This document shows positions 1-9,853 of a stretch of 64,000 nt of DNA, one piece after another. Both the position numbers and the translations under genes were made by a program. Each line of letters starts with the position of its first letter. The stretch's first letter is position 1. Below the pieces are notes generated by a model. It did no database searches. It saw only the letters and a list, made by a program, of their open reading frames with translations, and was not told the DNA's origin. Source of the stretch: Rebecca billardiae RCC1528 (lineage: Eukaryota > Protista > Haptophyta); assembly GCA_965240325.2 (NCBI GenBank), contig OZ251241.1, positions 1,364,001-1,428,000 on the forward strand. Direction: 5' to 3'.

Positions 1-95
1 CGCGGTATAGCGCGCTGCCTCGGCACCATGCTGCACCGCCCACCACCGCGCGCTCTGACATGCGCCAACACACTCGCGTGGCCCGCCCTGCACAG

Positions 96-2568
96 AATGG
101 AAACGAGGACACGCGCCGGCGGCTTGCCGTGTACTGCTTGAAGGACGCATACCTGCCGCAGCGCCTCATCGACAAGCTCATGCTACTGATCAACAGCATT
201 GAGATGGCCCGCGTGACTGGCGTGCGCTTGCTCGACCTGACGCAGCGCGGGCAGCAGATCAAGGTGCTGACGCAGCTCTACCGCAAATCGCGCACGGTGA
301 ACCTCGTCATCCCGGTTAAGCCGCAGAACGAAAAGGGCGGCGACGCCGGCAACAACGTCAACTTCGAGGGCGCGACAGTCATCGAGCCGATCAAGGGCTA
401 CTACGACGTGCCCATCGCCACGCTCGATTTCGCCTCGCTGTACCCATCGATCATGATGGCGCACAACCTCTGCTACTCCACGCTGGTGCGACGCGAGGAC
501 ATGTCGACGCTCGACCCGTCCAAGGTGCGCCGCTCGCCGACAGGCGACTGCTTCGTCACGTCGGACGCGAAGAAGGGCCTCCTCCCCGAGATCCTCGAGG
601 AGCTGCTCTCGGCGCGCAAGCGTGCAAAGGCGGAGATGAAGAAGGAGAGCGATCCGTTGCGCTACGCGGTGCTTGACGGTCGCCAGCTCGCGTTGAAGAT
701 CTCCGCAAACTCCGTGTACGGCTTCACCGGCGCAGTCGTCGGCCAGCTGCCGTGCATCGCGATCTCGTCCACGGTGACGGCGTACGGGCGCGAGATGATC
801 GAGCAAACGAAGGCGGAGGTCGAGAAGACGTATACGACCGCGAACGGCTACGAGCACAACGCGCAGGTGATCTACGGCGACACGGACTCGGTGATGATCA
901 AGTTCGGGACGTCGGACCTCGCAGAGGCGATGCGATTAGGCGAGGAGGCTGCGGGCAAAGTGACGAACGTCTTCATCAAGCCGATCAAGCTCGAGTTCGA
1001 GAAGGTGCATGCCGTCACGCGGTGTGCGTTCCCAGTGGTACGCTCGCTCATGGGAAAACACGTGCCCCACCCTCGCACCCGCCCGCTCTCACCTGCGGCA
1101 GTGCTACCACCCGTACCTGCTGATGAACAAGAAGCGGTACGCAGGGCTGCTCTGGACGAACACGATCAAGCACGACAAGATGGACTGCAAGGTAGGCTGC
1201 GACAGCGCGGGGTGCGCTCGCCACAGCCCACATCCCCACCTCTCCGAACCTTTTCGAGGTCCATGGGCAGCCGCGCCAGCAAAGTCAAGCGTGATCGGCG
1301 TTGCTTGCATCGAGATGTCACCGTTAAGCGTGCAAGTCCCCGCGCGGCGCGTTACGTGCGCAGGGCATCGAGACAGTGCGTCGTGACAACTGCGCGCTCG
1401 CCAAGGACGTCATCGACACATGCCTGCGGCTCATTCTCATCGAGCAGGTGATTCCTGAGCGATGCGCCGTGCGCGGTTTGCTGGCGTACGTACCGTACCG
1501 TACTGGCCCCACCAAAAAAAAGCGTTCATGTACGCGTCCTCCACCCCGCATGCGCACGCACCCATTACCCCAGGACGTGTCCGGTGCAGTGACGTACGTG
1601 AAGGGCGTCATCGCCGACTTGCTCATGAACCGGATCGACATCTCGAAGCTCGTCATCTCGAAAGCGCTGACGCGCTCCGCCGACAACTTCGACAACAAGC
1701 AGGCACACGTCGAGCTCGCTGCGCGCATCGCCAAGCGTGATCCCGGAATGGCCCCCAACATCGGCGATCGCATTCCCTATGTCATCATCAAGGGGCACAA
1801 GAGCCTCAAGGCGTACGAGAAGTCGGAAGACCCGATCTACGTGCTCGAGAACAACATCCCCATCGACACGCAACACTACCTCGACCACCAGCTCGCGGAA
1901 CCTCTCAAGCGGTGCGCAGAAGATGCGCCGCGCCGCGAGAACCGTCGTGGAGGAGGAGGCCAGCCTCTTTCCTCCATTGGCTGCCGCGCACGGAGGAAAG
2001 AACCCCCCCTGACAAGTGGACTCGCGACCCCGCCCTTCTCGTGACCGCCAGGCTGTTCGAGCCCATCATGGAGCACCCGGAGAGGACGCTGCTCGAGGGC
2101 GAGCACACGCGATCGATTGCCAAGCCCACGCCGTCGACAGGCGGGCTGATGAAGTTCGCGCAGGTCACGTTGCAGTGCCTCAAGTGCAAGGCGAAGCTCC
2201 CGCCCAACTCGGCCTCTCGTGCGCTGTGTGCCGCGTGTAGTGACAATGTGCGTGTGCGGCATGTCCACTGGCCCCTTGTGCGCGTCCTGGCGCACTGATG
2301 GGGAGCTGACAAGCCTGTGCGCCGTGCGCGCATGATTCGCTGAACCCAGGAGGCCGAGGTCTACGCGCAGAAGCTGGCAGACCTGAACATGTGCGAGCGC
2401 AGCTTCAATTCGCTCTGGACGCAGTGCCAGCGCTGCCAGGGCGACATGCACAAGGATGTGCTCTGCACCGCACGCGATTGCCCCATCTACTACCGGCGCA
2501 AGAAGGTGCAGAAGGACATGACCGATGCGTACGTCGTGGTCGACCGCTTTGAGCTTCCAAACTGGTAA
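96..2568 (+). CDS. POLD1: DNA polymerase delta catalytic subunit (5'-partial, spliced)
   Basis: Family-B motifs [22 protein letters not shown] and YGDTDSVM; also [14 protein letters not shown] and the C-terminal CysA (CLKC..CAAC) and CysB (CQRC..C..DC) motifs. Exons 96-1004, 1102-1191, 1364-1447, 1574-1911, 2052-2247, 2350-2568 join in frame through GT-AG introns; TAA at 2566-2568. Confidence 0.97.
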
Positions 2569-3672
2569 CGCTCGCTGCTCGATCGCTGTGTCCTCCGCCG
2601 TCCAGCGCCGGCCTGGCTGTGAGCGGGACTAGCAGGGTGGTCGTCTAGGTTACCTAACCCTTACCCAGCGGACGGCTGCAGTGATGCCGTGGCGCGCTGA
2701 TTCGGGCGCGGCTCAGCCAATCTTAGATCTGATTCGTGACGCAGAGGCGCTGTCATTGATGCTGATCATAGAAAGCTCTCTGCTAACTAGCTAGGAAAGC
2801 CAGCTCTCCCCGAGCCTCGAATCTCACGCTGGATTGAGGGACACGCAACGGTGCATGTTGTCTGGCCACGCGCGCGTGCGGACAGACCGCTGGTTTTTTG
2901 CGATCCGCGGCTCAGATTGACCGACGCCGGAAGATCGCGACGCTTCGACCATAAAGACTGGCCGCTTCGGCGGCTCTCTCATAGCGTGTTCCTGACTGCG
3001 CCAGGTCCGAGTGGTCGCCTACCGTGAAATCGACGCAAAACAATATTTTCGCGCTTTTGCGGAAACGCGGGGCCGCCGGCGCCGGCGGCCTGCCCGTCAG
3101 GCTGGCGTGCGCCGCTGGCGAAACGCACTGGGGGCTGACCACTCGGACCTTCGGCCGTCAGGCAGGAGGTCGTGCACCGCCCGCGCGCCGTGGCCTCGCA
3201 CGGCGCGGAGAGGCCGATCCAGGGGGCGACAGCCGCTTGGGCGCGGTCGACCTTGACGCCCTCGAGCGTCCACAGCGCCGAACGACCCTGCACGGCTCAC
3301 CTCGCCGCGCGCGAGCGCGTTCAAAACGGCCTCCATCGAGGCTCTCTGCCGCGGCCAGTCTTTATTGCCACCCGTGGGCCGCAGATGCGTGACAGCGTTC
3401 GACTCTAATGCACGGTAGCGGGAAACGCTTTTCTAGTTTCCCATGCGCCCAGCTCTCGCTTCGCCCACCGCCTCTGTCGAAGGGCCGCGTGATGGCCAGT
3501 GCCGGAGACTGAAGACGGAAGGGAGGGGGGGGCGAGCGAAAGGTTTGCCCTGCGACAATGCAGTCGGACGCATGCTCCCCACACGCCGAATTTATACTCC
3601 GCCTCGCCCGTCGCCCGCGGAATCCGATCGAGGGCGTCTCCCGTGGTTTCCAGAGAAGGAGTGGAGCACCTC

Positions 3673-5284
3673 TCACCGCTTCGTCTGCGTCGGGCGCTTC
3701 AGCATTGGAAAGGTGAGCGGCAGCCGAATCTGTGCGTAGCGCGCGCCTGCCGCCTGGGTGCCCGGCGGCGCGTGCGCAGGGCAGGCGCTGCCCACGTGGC
3801 AGCCGAGCTCACGCGTGTAAGTCGTGACCCGCGACTTGTCGATGCCAAGCAGACTGCTCGCGAGGTCGATGCGCATCGCGTTGCGACTCAGCCGCACGCA
3901 CAGCACGATCGCGTGGCACATCAGGCGGTGCGTGCCAGCGGCCGAGCGATGCTGCATGGGTTTCCCGGAGTCGTCCAGGCTGGCGTCGGTGAAGCGCGTG
4001 ACCAGGAAGCGCCACACGCGAGATGGGATCCCGGCGCGAGCGGCCAAGGGGTGCGCGGCTGCGTCGCCAGCTCGTTCGGCTGCAGCGAGGGTGTGGCCTT
4101 TTGGCGCTCGGTCGCGCAGCACACTCGGCAACGCTTTGAAGGCCAGGAGATGTCGCAGAAAGAGGAGGGCCCGCAGTTCCGCGTTCTGGCGCACGGTGGT
4201 CGCCTCCGCGCGATGCGCGCTACCGCCGCCGAGCTCGTCTCGCAGGCGGCGCAAGGCATCCAGCTCGATCCGCTTGTCTGCCGCTGCGCGCGTGACGCCC
4301 TCGAGGGCGCCAACCAGCTTCTCAAGGGAGGCGTCGTCCGGGGCCTCCGCGATGGCCTCGCGCAGCGCCTCGTGTGGCAAGTCGGGCCAGACCTCAGCTG
4401 GCACGACGCTCTCGAGCGGGTAGGCGTCGAGCGGCTCGGTCGCAGCCAGGTCGTAGCGCGGGACGTGCGCTCGGGTCGAGGCCTCTGTCGCCTCGCGCGC
4501 GGCTGCGGCCTCCTCCAGCGCGCGAGCAGCGTGTCCACCGGCAGATACGAGCTCGCGCTCGAGCACCTGGCGGCCGGCCATGTTGGTCTCGTCGACCACG
4601 CGCAGCGCGGCAGCCTTCTGCTTCTTGCGCGCTTTCTTCGAGCCGAACTCGTCCACGAGCTCACGCTTGCGCAGGGTGGCGGCGGCGGCGGCATCCGGTG
4701 GCGCGTCGTCCTCAGCCGCGGCAGCGGGCTTTGGGTGCTGCTGCAGCCCGCAGCGCCACCCCGCGTGCGCAAGGTGCAGTGTGTTGGTGGCGCGATCGAA
4801 CGCTCCGACGAGAAGCCTGGCGGCCGGCCGGGGGCAGCGGCACGACGCAGGGCGGGGAGGGAGCGCACGGCGTGAGGGGGCGGCTTTCGATGCGCATAGC
4901 CGCGGCTGGCAGCAATGGCTGGACGCGGGGGCCCTGGACGCTGGCAGGCTTGGCTGGCTCACTTGGTTGGGCCTGCATTCGATGCGCGCACGAGTCCACC
5001 GCTGAAGCGCACGCGGGCGGTCTCGCCCACGAGTGCGCCCGCCGGCGAGTCGTCATCGCCTGGCCGGAGGTCAAAGCGGATCTCGTGGGGCGGGACGCGG
5101 CCCGACAGGAACTCGGCTGCGAGGGCACGAGGTGCACGAACGCAGCGATGCGTGAGCACGAATGCACGCGAGCGAGAGTGCGCGCGCAGTCACGGCGCAC
5201 GAGGCGAGTGCGGCGCCGAGCCGACGTACCTGCTACGACGTCGGTTGCGTCCGTGACGCGCACGCTGAACGAGTCCGCCGCCAT
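3673..5284 (-). CDS. RPA49: RNA polymerase I subunit A49/PAF53-like protein (spliced)
   Basis: Exons 5284-5230, 5116-4963, 4816-3673. Motifs KLLVGAFD, ELVDEFGSKKARK, VPRYD..AT....AYPLE and C-terminal AQIRLPLTFP resemble A49-family proteins. Confidence 0.75.
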
Positions 5285-5543
5285 CACGAGCGGCCACGCT
5301 GCGACGGCGTGGGTTAGCGCAGCGCAAACAGGCTGGCCGTGGTCTCGTCGTCGTACCACGAGATCGACACCGCCGTGGCCAGCGCAAAGTCCGGGATGAC
5401 TGCGTACAACCGGTCAACCGCCATCGTGCGGATCGCCGCGACTCGCGTGACGCGATCAACGCAATCATCAATCACGGGCGCCGGCCGACCTCGCATCGTC
5501 CTCCGAGCTTGCGTCGTCTAGGCGGGATTTGGACTCGTGGCCG

Positions 5544-6260
5544 ATGGTGGCACCGCAGCTGGCACTTCTTGGACTGCTAGCGTTCCACGCACCTGCCCAC
5601 CGGCATCTCGCACGTCGGGCTCTCCGGCACAGCGCTTTGACGCTGAGCTTGCCGGACGATGGGATTGAGGTCACACTGCCGAAGCCCTTGGGGCTGGTCC
5701 TGGAGGAATCAGAAGACGAGACAGCCGGCCTGATCGTCGCGGATGTCGTCGACGGTGGTTCGGCAAGCTCTAGGATCGAGATCCTGGCGGGCATGCGGCT
5801 TCTGGCCGTGAACGGTGCCGAGTACTCGCTGCTGGAGCCAGCCATGGACGCAATCATTGCGGCGGAGGGTGACGTCACGCTCACATTCGCACCGTTCACC
5901 GCTCCGAAGGCGGAGCCGCCACCGCCGCCGCCACCACCGCCGCCGCCGCCATCTGGGCCGGCCACCGTCGTCGTGCGGCAGGAGGGCAAGGAGGATGCTC
6001 AGCTGACGTGCAAGCCGGGCTCCATCCTGCGCTCTGAGCTCGTGGCCAACAAATTCGAGGTGTACAAGGGCCTGAGCAAGCTCACGAACTGCGGCGGCGT
6101 GGGCCAGTGCGGGACGTGCATTGTGGACGTGCTCGAGGGTAAGTGCTCTGCGCGCACGCCCGTCGAAGAGGCCAAGCTCAAGGGCAAGAAGCCCGAGCGC
6201 AGGCTGGCTTGTCAGGTGCTGGTTGAGGGAGATGCTGTCGTCCAGTTGACGCCACCTTGA
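5544..6260 (+). CDS. Plastid-targeted PDZ-domain + 2Fe-2S ferredoxin protein
   Basis: Signal peptide ending LLAF, PDZ-like LPKPLGLVLEE...GMRLLAVNG, poly-Pro linker, ferredoxin motif CGGVGQCGTC...RLACQ. Confidence 0.85.
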   Translation: MVAPQLALLGLLAFHAPAHRHLARRALRHSALTLSLPDDGIEVTLPKPLGLVLEESEDETAGLIVADVVDGGSASSRIEILAGMRLLAVNGAEYSLLEPAMDAIIAAEGDVTLTFAPFTAPKAEPPPPPPPPPPPPSGPATVVVRQEGKEDAQLTCKPGSILRSELVANKFEVYKGLSKLTNCGGVGQCGTCIVDVLEGKCSARTPVEEAKLKGKKPERRLACQVLVEGDAVVQLTPP

Positions 6261-6805
6261 TTGATGACGCGACAGCAATGCTCGCATGATGATGACATCG
6301 GATCTGACGAATTGATCGGCGGTGCGGCGGCGACGACGACGACAATAATATATGAGTGCTGGTGATGACTGCTACGGCGGCGTGATGCGCGGCTGCTCTG
6401 CATCACGCCGCCATCATCAGCAGTAGCAGTAGTCATTTCTACTAAGCAGCATGGTGCGCACCCGACTCCCGAGCAGCGCCGCCGGCACTTAGGCCGCATC
6501 TGCCGACAGCAAGTGCCACGAGTGATGAGTAGATCAGAATGCCGCGCTGCTGTGTTCATATCGGGCGGCGCGCGGTTTGGCATACGACTGCTGTTAGTTG
6601 GGCCCTGGGCCATGGCATGGGCGGGGACGGTGAGGTGATTAGGGATGAATGTGATGCGATGACGATTGATGATGGTTATGGGTGGGGCGGGGCCAGGCGC
6701 CCAGGGTCATGCTTGTGGCTGTGTAGACGATGGGACGAGGAGGTGCACCCCAGCAGCACCCCGGCAGCCCAGCACGTGTCGACGTTGATGATCGCGGCTG
6801 CGCAC

Positions 6806-9493
6806 TCACGGGTTGTCGATCGTCCCGCCAGCAGCACCAGCGCCGGCTGACGAGGGCGCCGACGAGGATGCCTGCTCGAACTTCTTCTTCCAGTGCGCGG
6901 CTGCGTTCCGCATCTTTGTCAAGCGCTCCTCGGACTCCGCGAGCTGCGTCCTCAGCTGCTGCAGCTGCTCATTCGTCGACTCGAGCTGCGCGCGTACCTC
7001 GTCGCCAGGCGCAGCGGCAGCAGGCGCGCCAGGAGCGGCCGCACCGCCGCCCTCCGTCTTGAGCTGGTCGTGCTTCTTCTTCCAGTGCGCAGCTGCATCG
7101 CGCATCTTCGCCGCCCGATCCGTGGCGGCTGCGAGCTCCTGCTCCAGGGAGGCCACGCGCCCGGCATCCGCGTCGGGGCCGGCATTCTGCTGTCCCGCAG
7201 CGGCGAGCTGTGCGCGCGCCTCCTCCAGCGAGCTCTCGGCCGAGGCTGCTTGCGCCTGCGCTGCCTGCAGCTTTGCCTCGAGCTCGGCACGCCCAGCTGC
7301 CGCCTGGCCCGCCACACTCGACGCCTTCTCGGCCGCCTCCGCCCGCCCCAGCGCCGTCTTGAGCTTCGACTCGAGCTCAGCGCGGCCGGCGGTGGCGGCG
7401 GTCTCAGCTGCCGTGGCGCGCTGCTCGGCCGCGCTGGCCGCCTGCTGCGCCGTCTTGAGCTTTGCCTCGAGCTCGGCACGGCCTGCCGCGGCCTTCTCAG
7501 CCGCCGCCGTCTCGGCCGCGCCCGAGGCCTTCTCGGCCGCCGCAACCTTCGCTTGCGCCGCTTTGACCGTCGTCTCGAGCTCGGCGCGGCTGCCAGCGGC
7601 GGCGGCCTCGGCCGCAGCGGCGCGCTGCTCGGCCGCGCTTGCCGCCTGCTGCGCCGTCTTGAGCTTCGCCTCGAGCTCGGCATGGCTTACCGCCGCCTTC
7701 TCGGCCACGCCCGAAGCCTTCTCCGCCGCCTCCGCCTTTGCCACCGCCGCCTTGAGCTTCGCCTCGAGCTCAGCGCGGCCAGCGGCGGCTGCCGCGGCGC
7801 TTTTCTCGGCCGCAGCGGCGCGCTGCTCGGCTGCGCTCGCGGCCTGCTGCGCCGCCTGCAGCTTCGTCTCGAGCTCGGCACGCCCAGCTGCCGCCTGGCC
7901 CGCCACACTCGACGCCTTCTCGGCCGCCTCCGCCCGCCCCAGCGCCGTCTTGAGCTTCGACTCGAGCTCAGCGCGGCCGGCGGTGGCGGCGGTCTCAGCT
8001 GCCGTGGCTCGCTGCTCGGCCGCGCTGGCCGCCTGCTGCGCCGTCTTGAGCTTCGCCTCGAGCTCGGCACGGCCTGTCGCGGCCTTCTCAGCCGCCGCCT
8101 TTTGGGCGGTGCCCGCGGCCTTCTCAGCCGCCTCCGCCCGCCCCACCGCCGCCTTGAGCTTCGCCTCCAGCTCGGCGCGGGCAGCCCCGGCACTGGCAGC
8201 GCTGCTCTCGGCCGCAGCGACTTGCGCCTCCGCCACGCTCGCCGCCTGCTGCGCCGCTTGCAGCTTGGTCTCGAGGTCGGCATGGCCTGACGCCGCCTTG
8301 CTGGCTGCGCTCGACGTCTTCTCCGCCGCCTCGGCCCGCGCCAGTGCCGCCTTGAGCTTCGTCTCCAGCTCGGCATGGCCGGAGGCCGCACCCTTCACCG
8401 CGGTCTCGGCCGCAGCGGCGCGCTGCTCGGCCGCGCTCGCCGCCTGCTGCGCCGTCTTGAGCTTCGCCTCGAGCTCGGCTCGGCCTGCCGCCGATTTCTC
8501 GGCCGCCGCCTTATCGGCCGAACCCGCCGCCCTCTCCGCCGCGTCGGCCTTTGCCACCGCCGCCTTGAGCTTCGCCTCGAGCTCGGCGCGGCCAGTGGTG
8601 GCCTTCTCAGCGGCCGCAGCGGCCGCGCTTGTCGCCTTCTCCGCAGCGTCCGCCCGCGCCTGCGCGGCCTTCAGCTTGGTCTCGAGCTCGTTGCGGTCCG
8701 CGGTCGCCTTGTCGGCCGCACTCGACATCTTTCCCGCCGCATCCACCTTTGCGAGCGCCGCCTTGAGCTCGGCGCGACTGGCGGCGGCAGCGCTCTCGGC
8801 GGCAGCCGTCGCGGCCGCGGCCGCCTCGCGCGCCTGCTTGAGCTCGGCGCGCGCGGCCGCGCCGTCGTCAGCGCTCGAGCCGCCCGCGGCAGCGGCCGCG
8901 TTGGCAGTGGCCGCCGGAGCGGACACCGTCTCCTGCTTGGCGGCCTTGGCCTCCGCCTCCGCTTTGGCCGCGCGCGCCTCGGCTCGGCCGAGCGCGTGCC
9001 GCAGCTTGTCCACCTCCTGCTGCTCCGGCGTACCGGAGTGCGACGCGCGCTTGGGCCTGGCGCCGGCGGCGGGCGGGCCGAGACCTGCCTCGACAAGCCT
9101 GCTCTCCGCCGCGTCGGCGCGCTTCTCCATCTTCTCGAGCTTGGCGAAGAGCGAGCTGTTCACGCGCTCTGCCGCCTCGAGCTGCTTCTTGATCGTGTTC
9201 AGCTCCTCGTTGGCCTTGAGGCGGGCGATGCGCGCGGAGGCGCGCTTCTTCCCGGCGTCGTCGGGCTCAGCGTCGATCGGATCCAGGCCATCGAGCGTCC
9301 GCCGCCGCTTGGGGCGCGGCCTGCGTTGGGGCGGCGATGGGGCGGGCGTGCGGCGCGCGCACAATGTGAGGGCACGCCGATCGCGCGCGTGGCAGCCGTG
9401 CGTGCACCGCGGCGCGCGGCTGACGCGCGCGCACGCAGGCGTCGGCGGCTGGTCATCCTTGGTCAGGTCCTCCACGTGGGCATCCTGCGCCAT
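6806..9493 (-). CDS. Ala-rich coiled-coil repeat protein
   Basis: ATG at 9493 and an in-frame 114-nt intron at 9434-9321 (GTGCGC...CAG). Many copies of a 28/35-aa unit (GRAELEAKLK...), a basic NLS-like PKRRRT, and a twice-repeated KMRxAAAHWKKK near the C-terminus. Confidence 0.75.
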   Translation of the reverse strand: MAQDAHVEDLTKDDQPPTPACARVSRAPRCTHGCHARDRRALTLCARRTPAPSPPQRRPRPKRRRTLDGLDPIDAEPDDAGKKRASARIARLKANEELNTIKKQLEAAERVNSSLFAKLEKMEKRADAAESRLVEAGLGPPAAGARPKRASHSGTPEQQEVDKLRHALGRAEARAAKAEAEAKAAKQETVSAPAATANAAAAAGGSSADDGAAARAELKQAREAAAAATAAAESAAAASRAELKAALAKVDAAGKMSSAADKATADRNELETKLKAAQARADAAEKATSAAAAAAEKATTGRAELEAKLKAAVAKADAAERAAGSADKAAAEKSAAGRAELEAKLKTAQQAASAAEQRAAAAETAVKGAASGHAELETKLKAALARAEAAEKTSSAASKAASGHADLETKLQAAQQAASVAEAQVAAAESSAASAGAARAELEAKLKAAVGRAEAAEKAAGTAQKAAAEKAATGRAELEAKLKTAQQAASAAEQRATAAETAATAGRAELESKLKTALGRAEAAEKASSVAGQAAAGRAELETKLQAAQQAASAAEQRAAAAEKSAAAAAAGRAELEAKLKAAVAKAEAAEKASGVAEKAAVSHAELEAKLKTAQQAASAAEQRAAAAEAAAAGSRAELETTVKAAQAKVAAAEKASGAAETAAAEKAAAGRAELEAKLKTAQQAASAAEQRATAAETAATAGRAELESKLKTALGRAEAAEKASSVAGQAAAGRAELEAKLQAAQAQAASAESSLEEARAQLAAAGQQNAGPDADAGRVASLEQELAAATDRAAKMRDAAAHWKKKHDQLKTEGGGAAAPGAPAAAAPGDEVRAQLESTNEQLQQLRTQLAESEERLTKMRNAAAHWKKKFEQASSSAPSSAGAGAAGGTIDNP
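7277..8099. repeat. Near-identical ~230-bp intragenic duplication (7277-7508 vs 7868-8099)
   Basis: Direct comparison shows about 3 mismatches; the 591-nt offset is in frame. Confidence 0.9.
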
Positions 9494-9853
9494 TTCTGAT
9501 TGCGCTGGCGGGGCGTGGACGGCGGCTGGCAGGTGCTGACCACCAGCAGCCTCTTCGCTGATGCGAATCGTCGTCGCCACATGCAGATTGCGGATTGCCG
9601 GCGGTGCGAGTGGTGGTCGTTTGCGAAACGTCCGCGCCGGCTCTCGCCACCACCGGAAGGACCCAGACCTCACACCAGGTACAGAAGCAGTCTTAGCCAG
9701 CAGCAGGCTAGCAGCCGTCATGTGACCACTGACCAAGGCCATCGTCATCAAACGATGACTACATCAGTACAGACTAGCAGTAGTATCGTACACTAGCAGT
9801 AGTAGTGAATACTCTGGCCGCCGCGCGTGCCCTGGTGCTGACGGCAGGCGGGC

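Noticed and set aside
2648-2666. Telomere-like CCTAACCCTTACCC
   Set aside because: Only about 2 imperfect units; compatible with chance.
6900-8800. CRISPR-like or satellite array
   Set aside because: Repeats are in-frame coding units without unique spacers, in a eukaryotic context.
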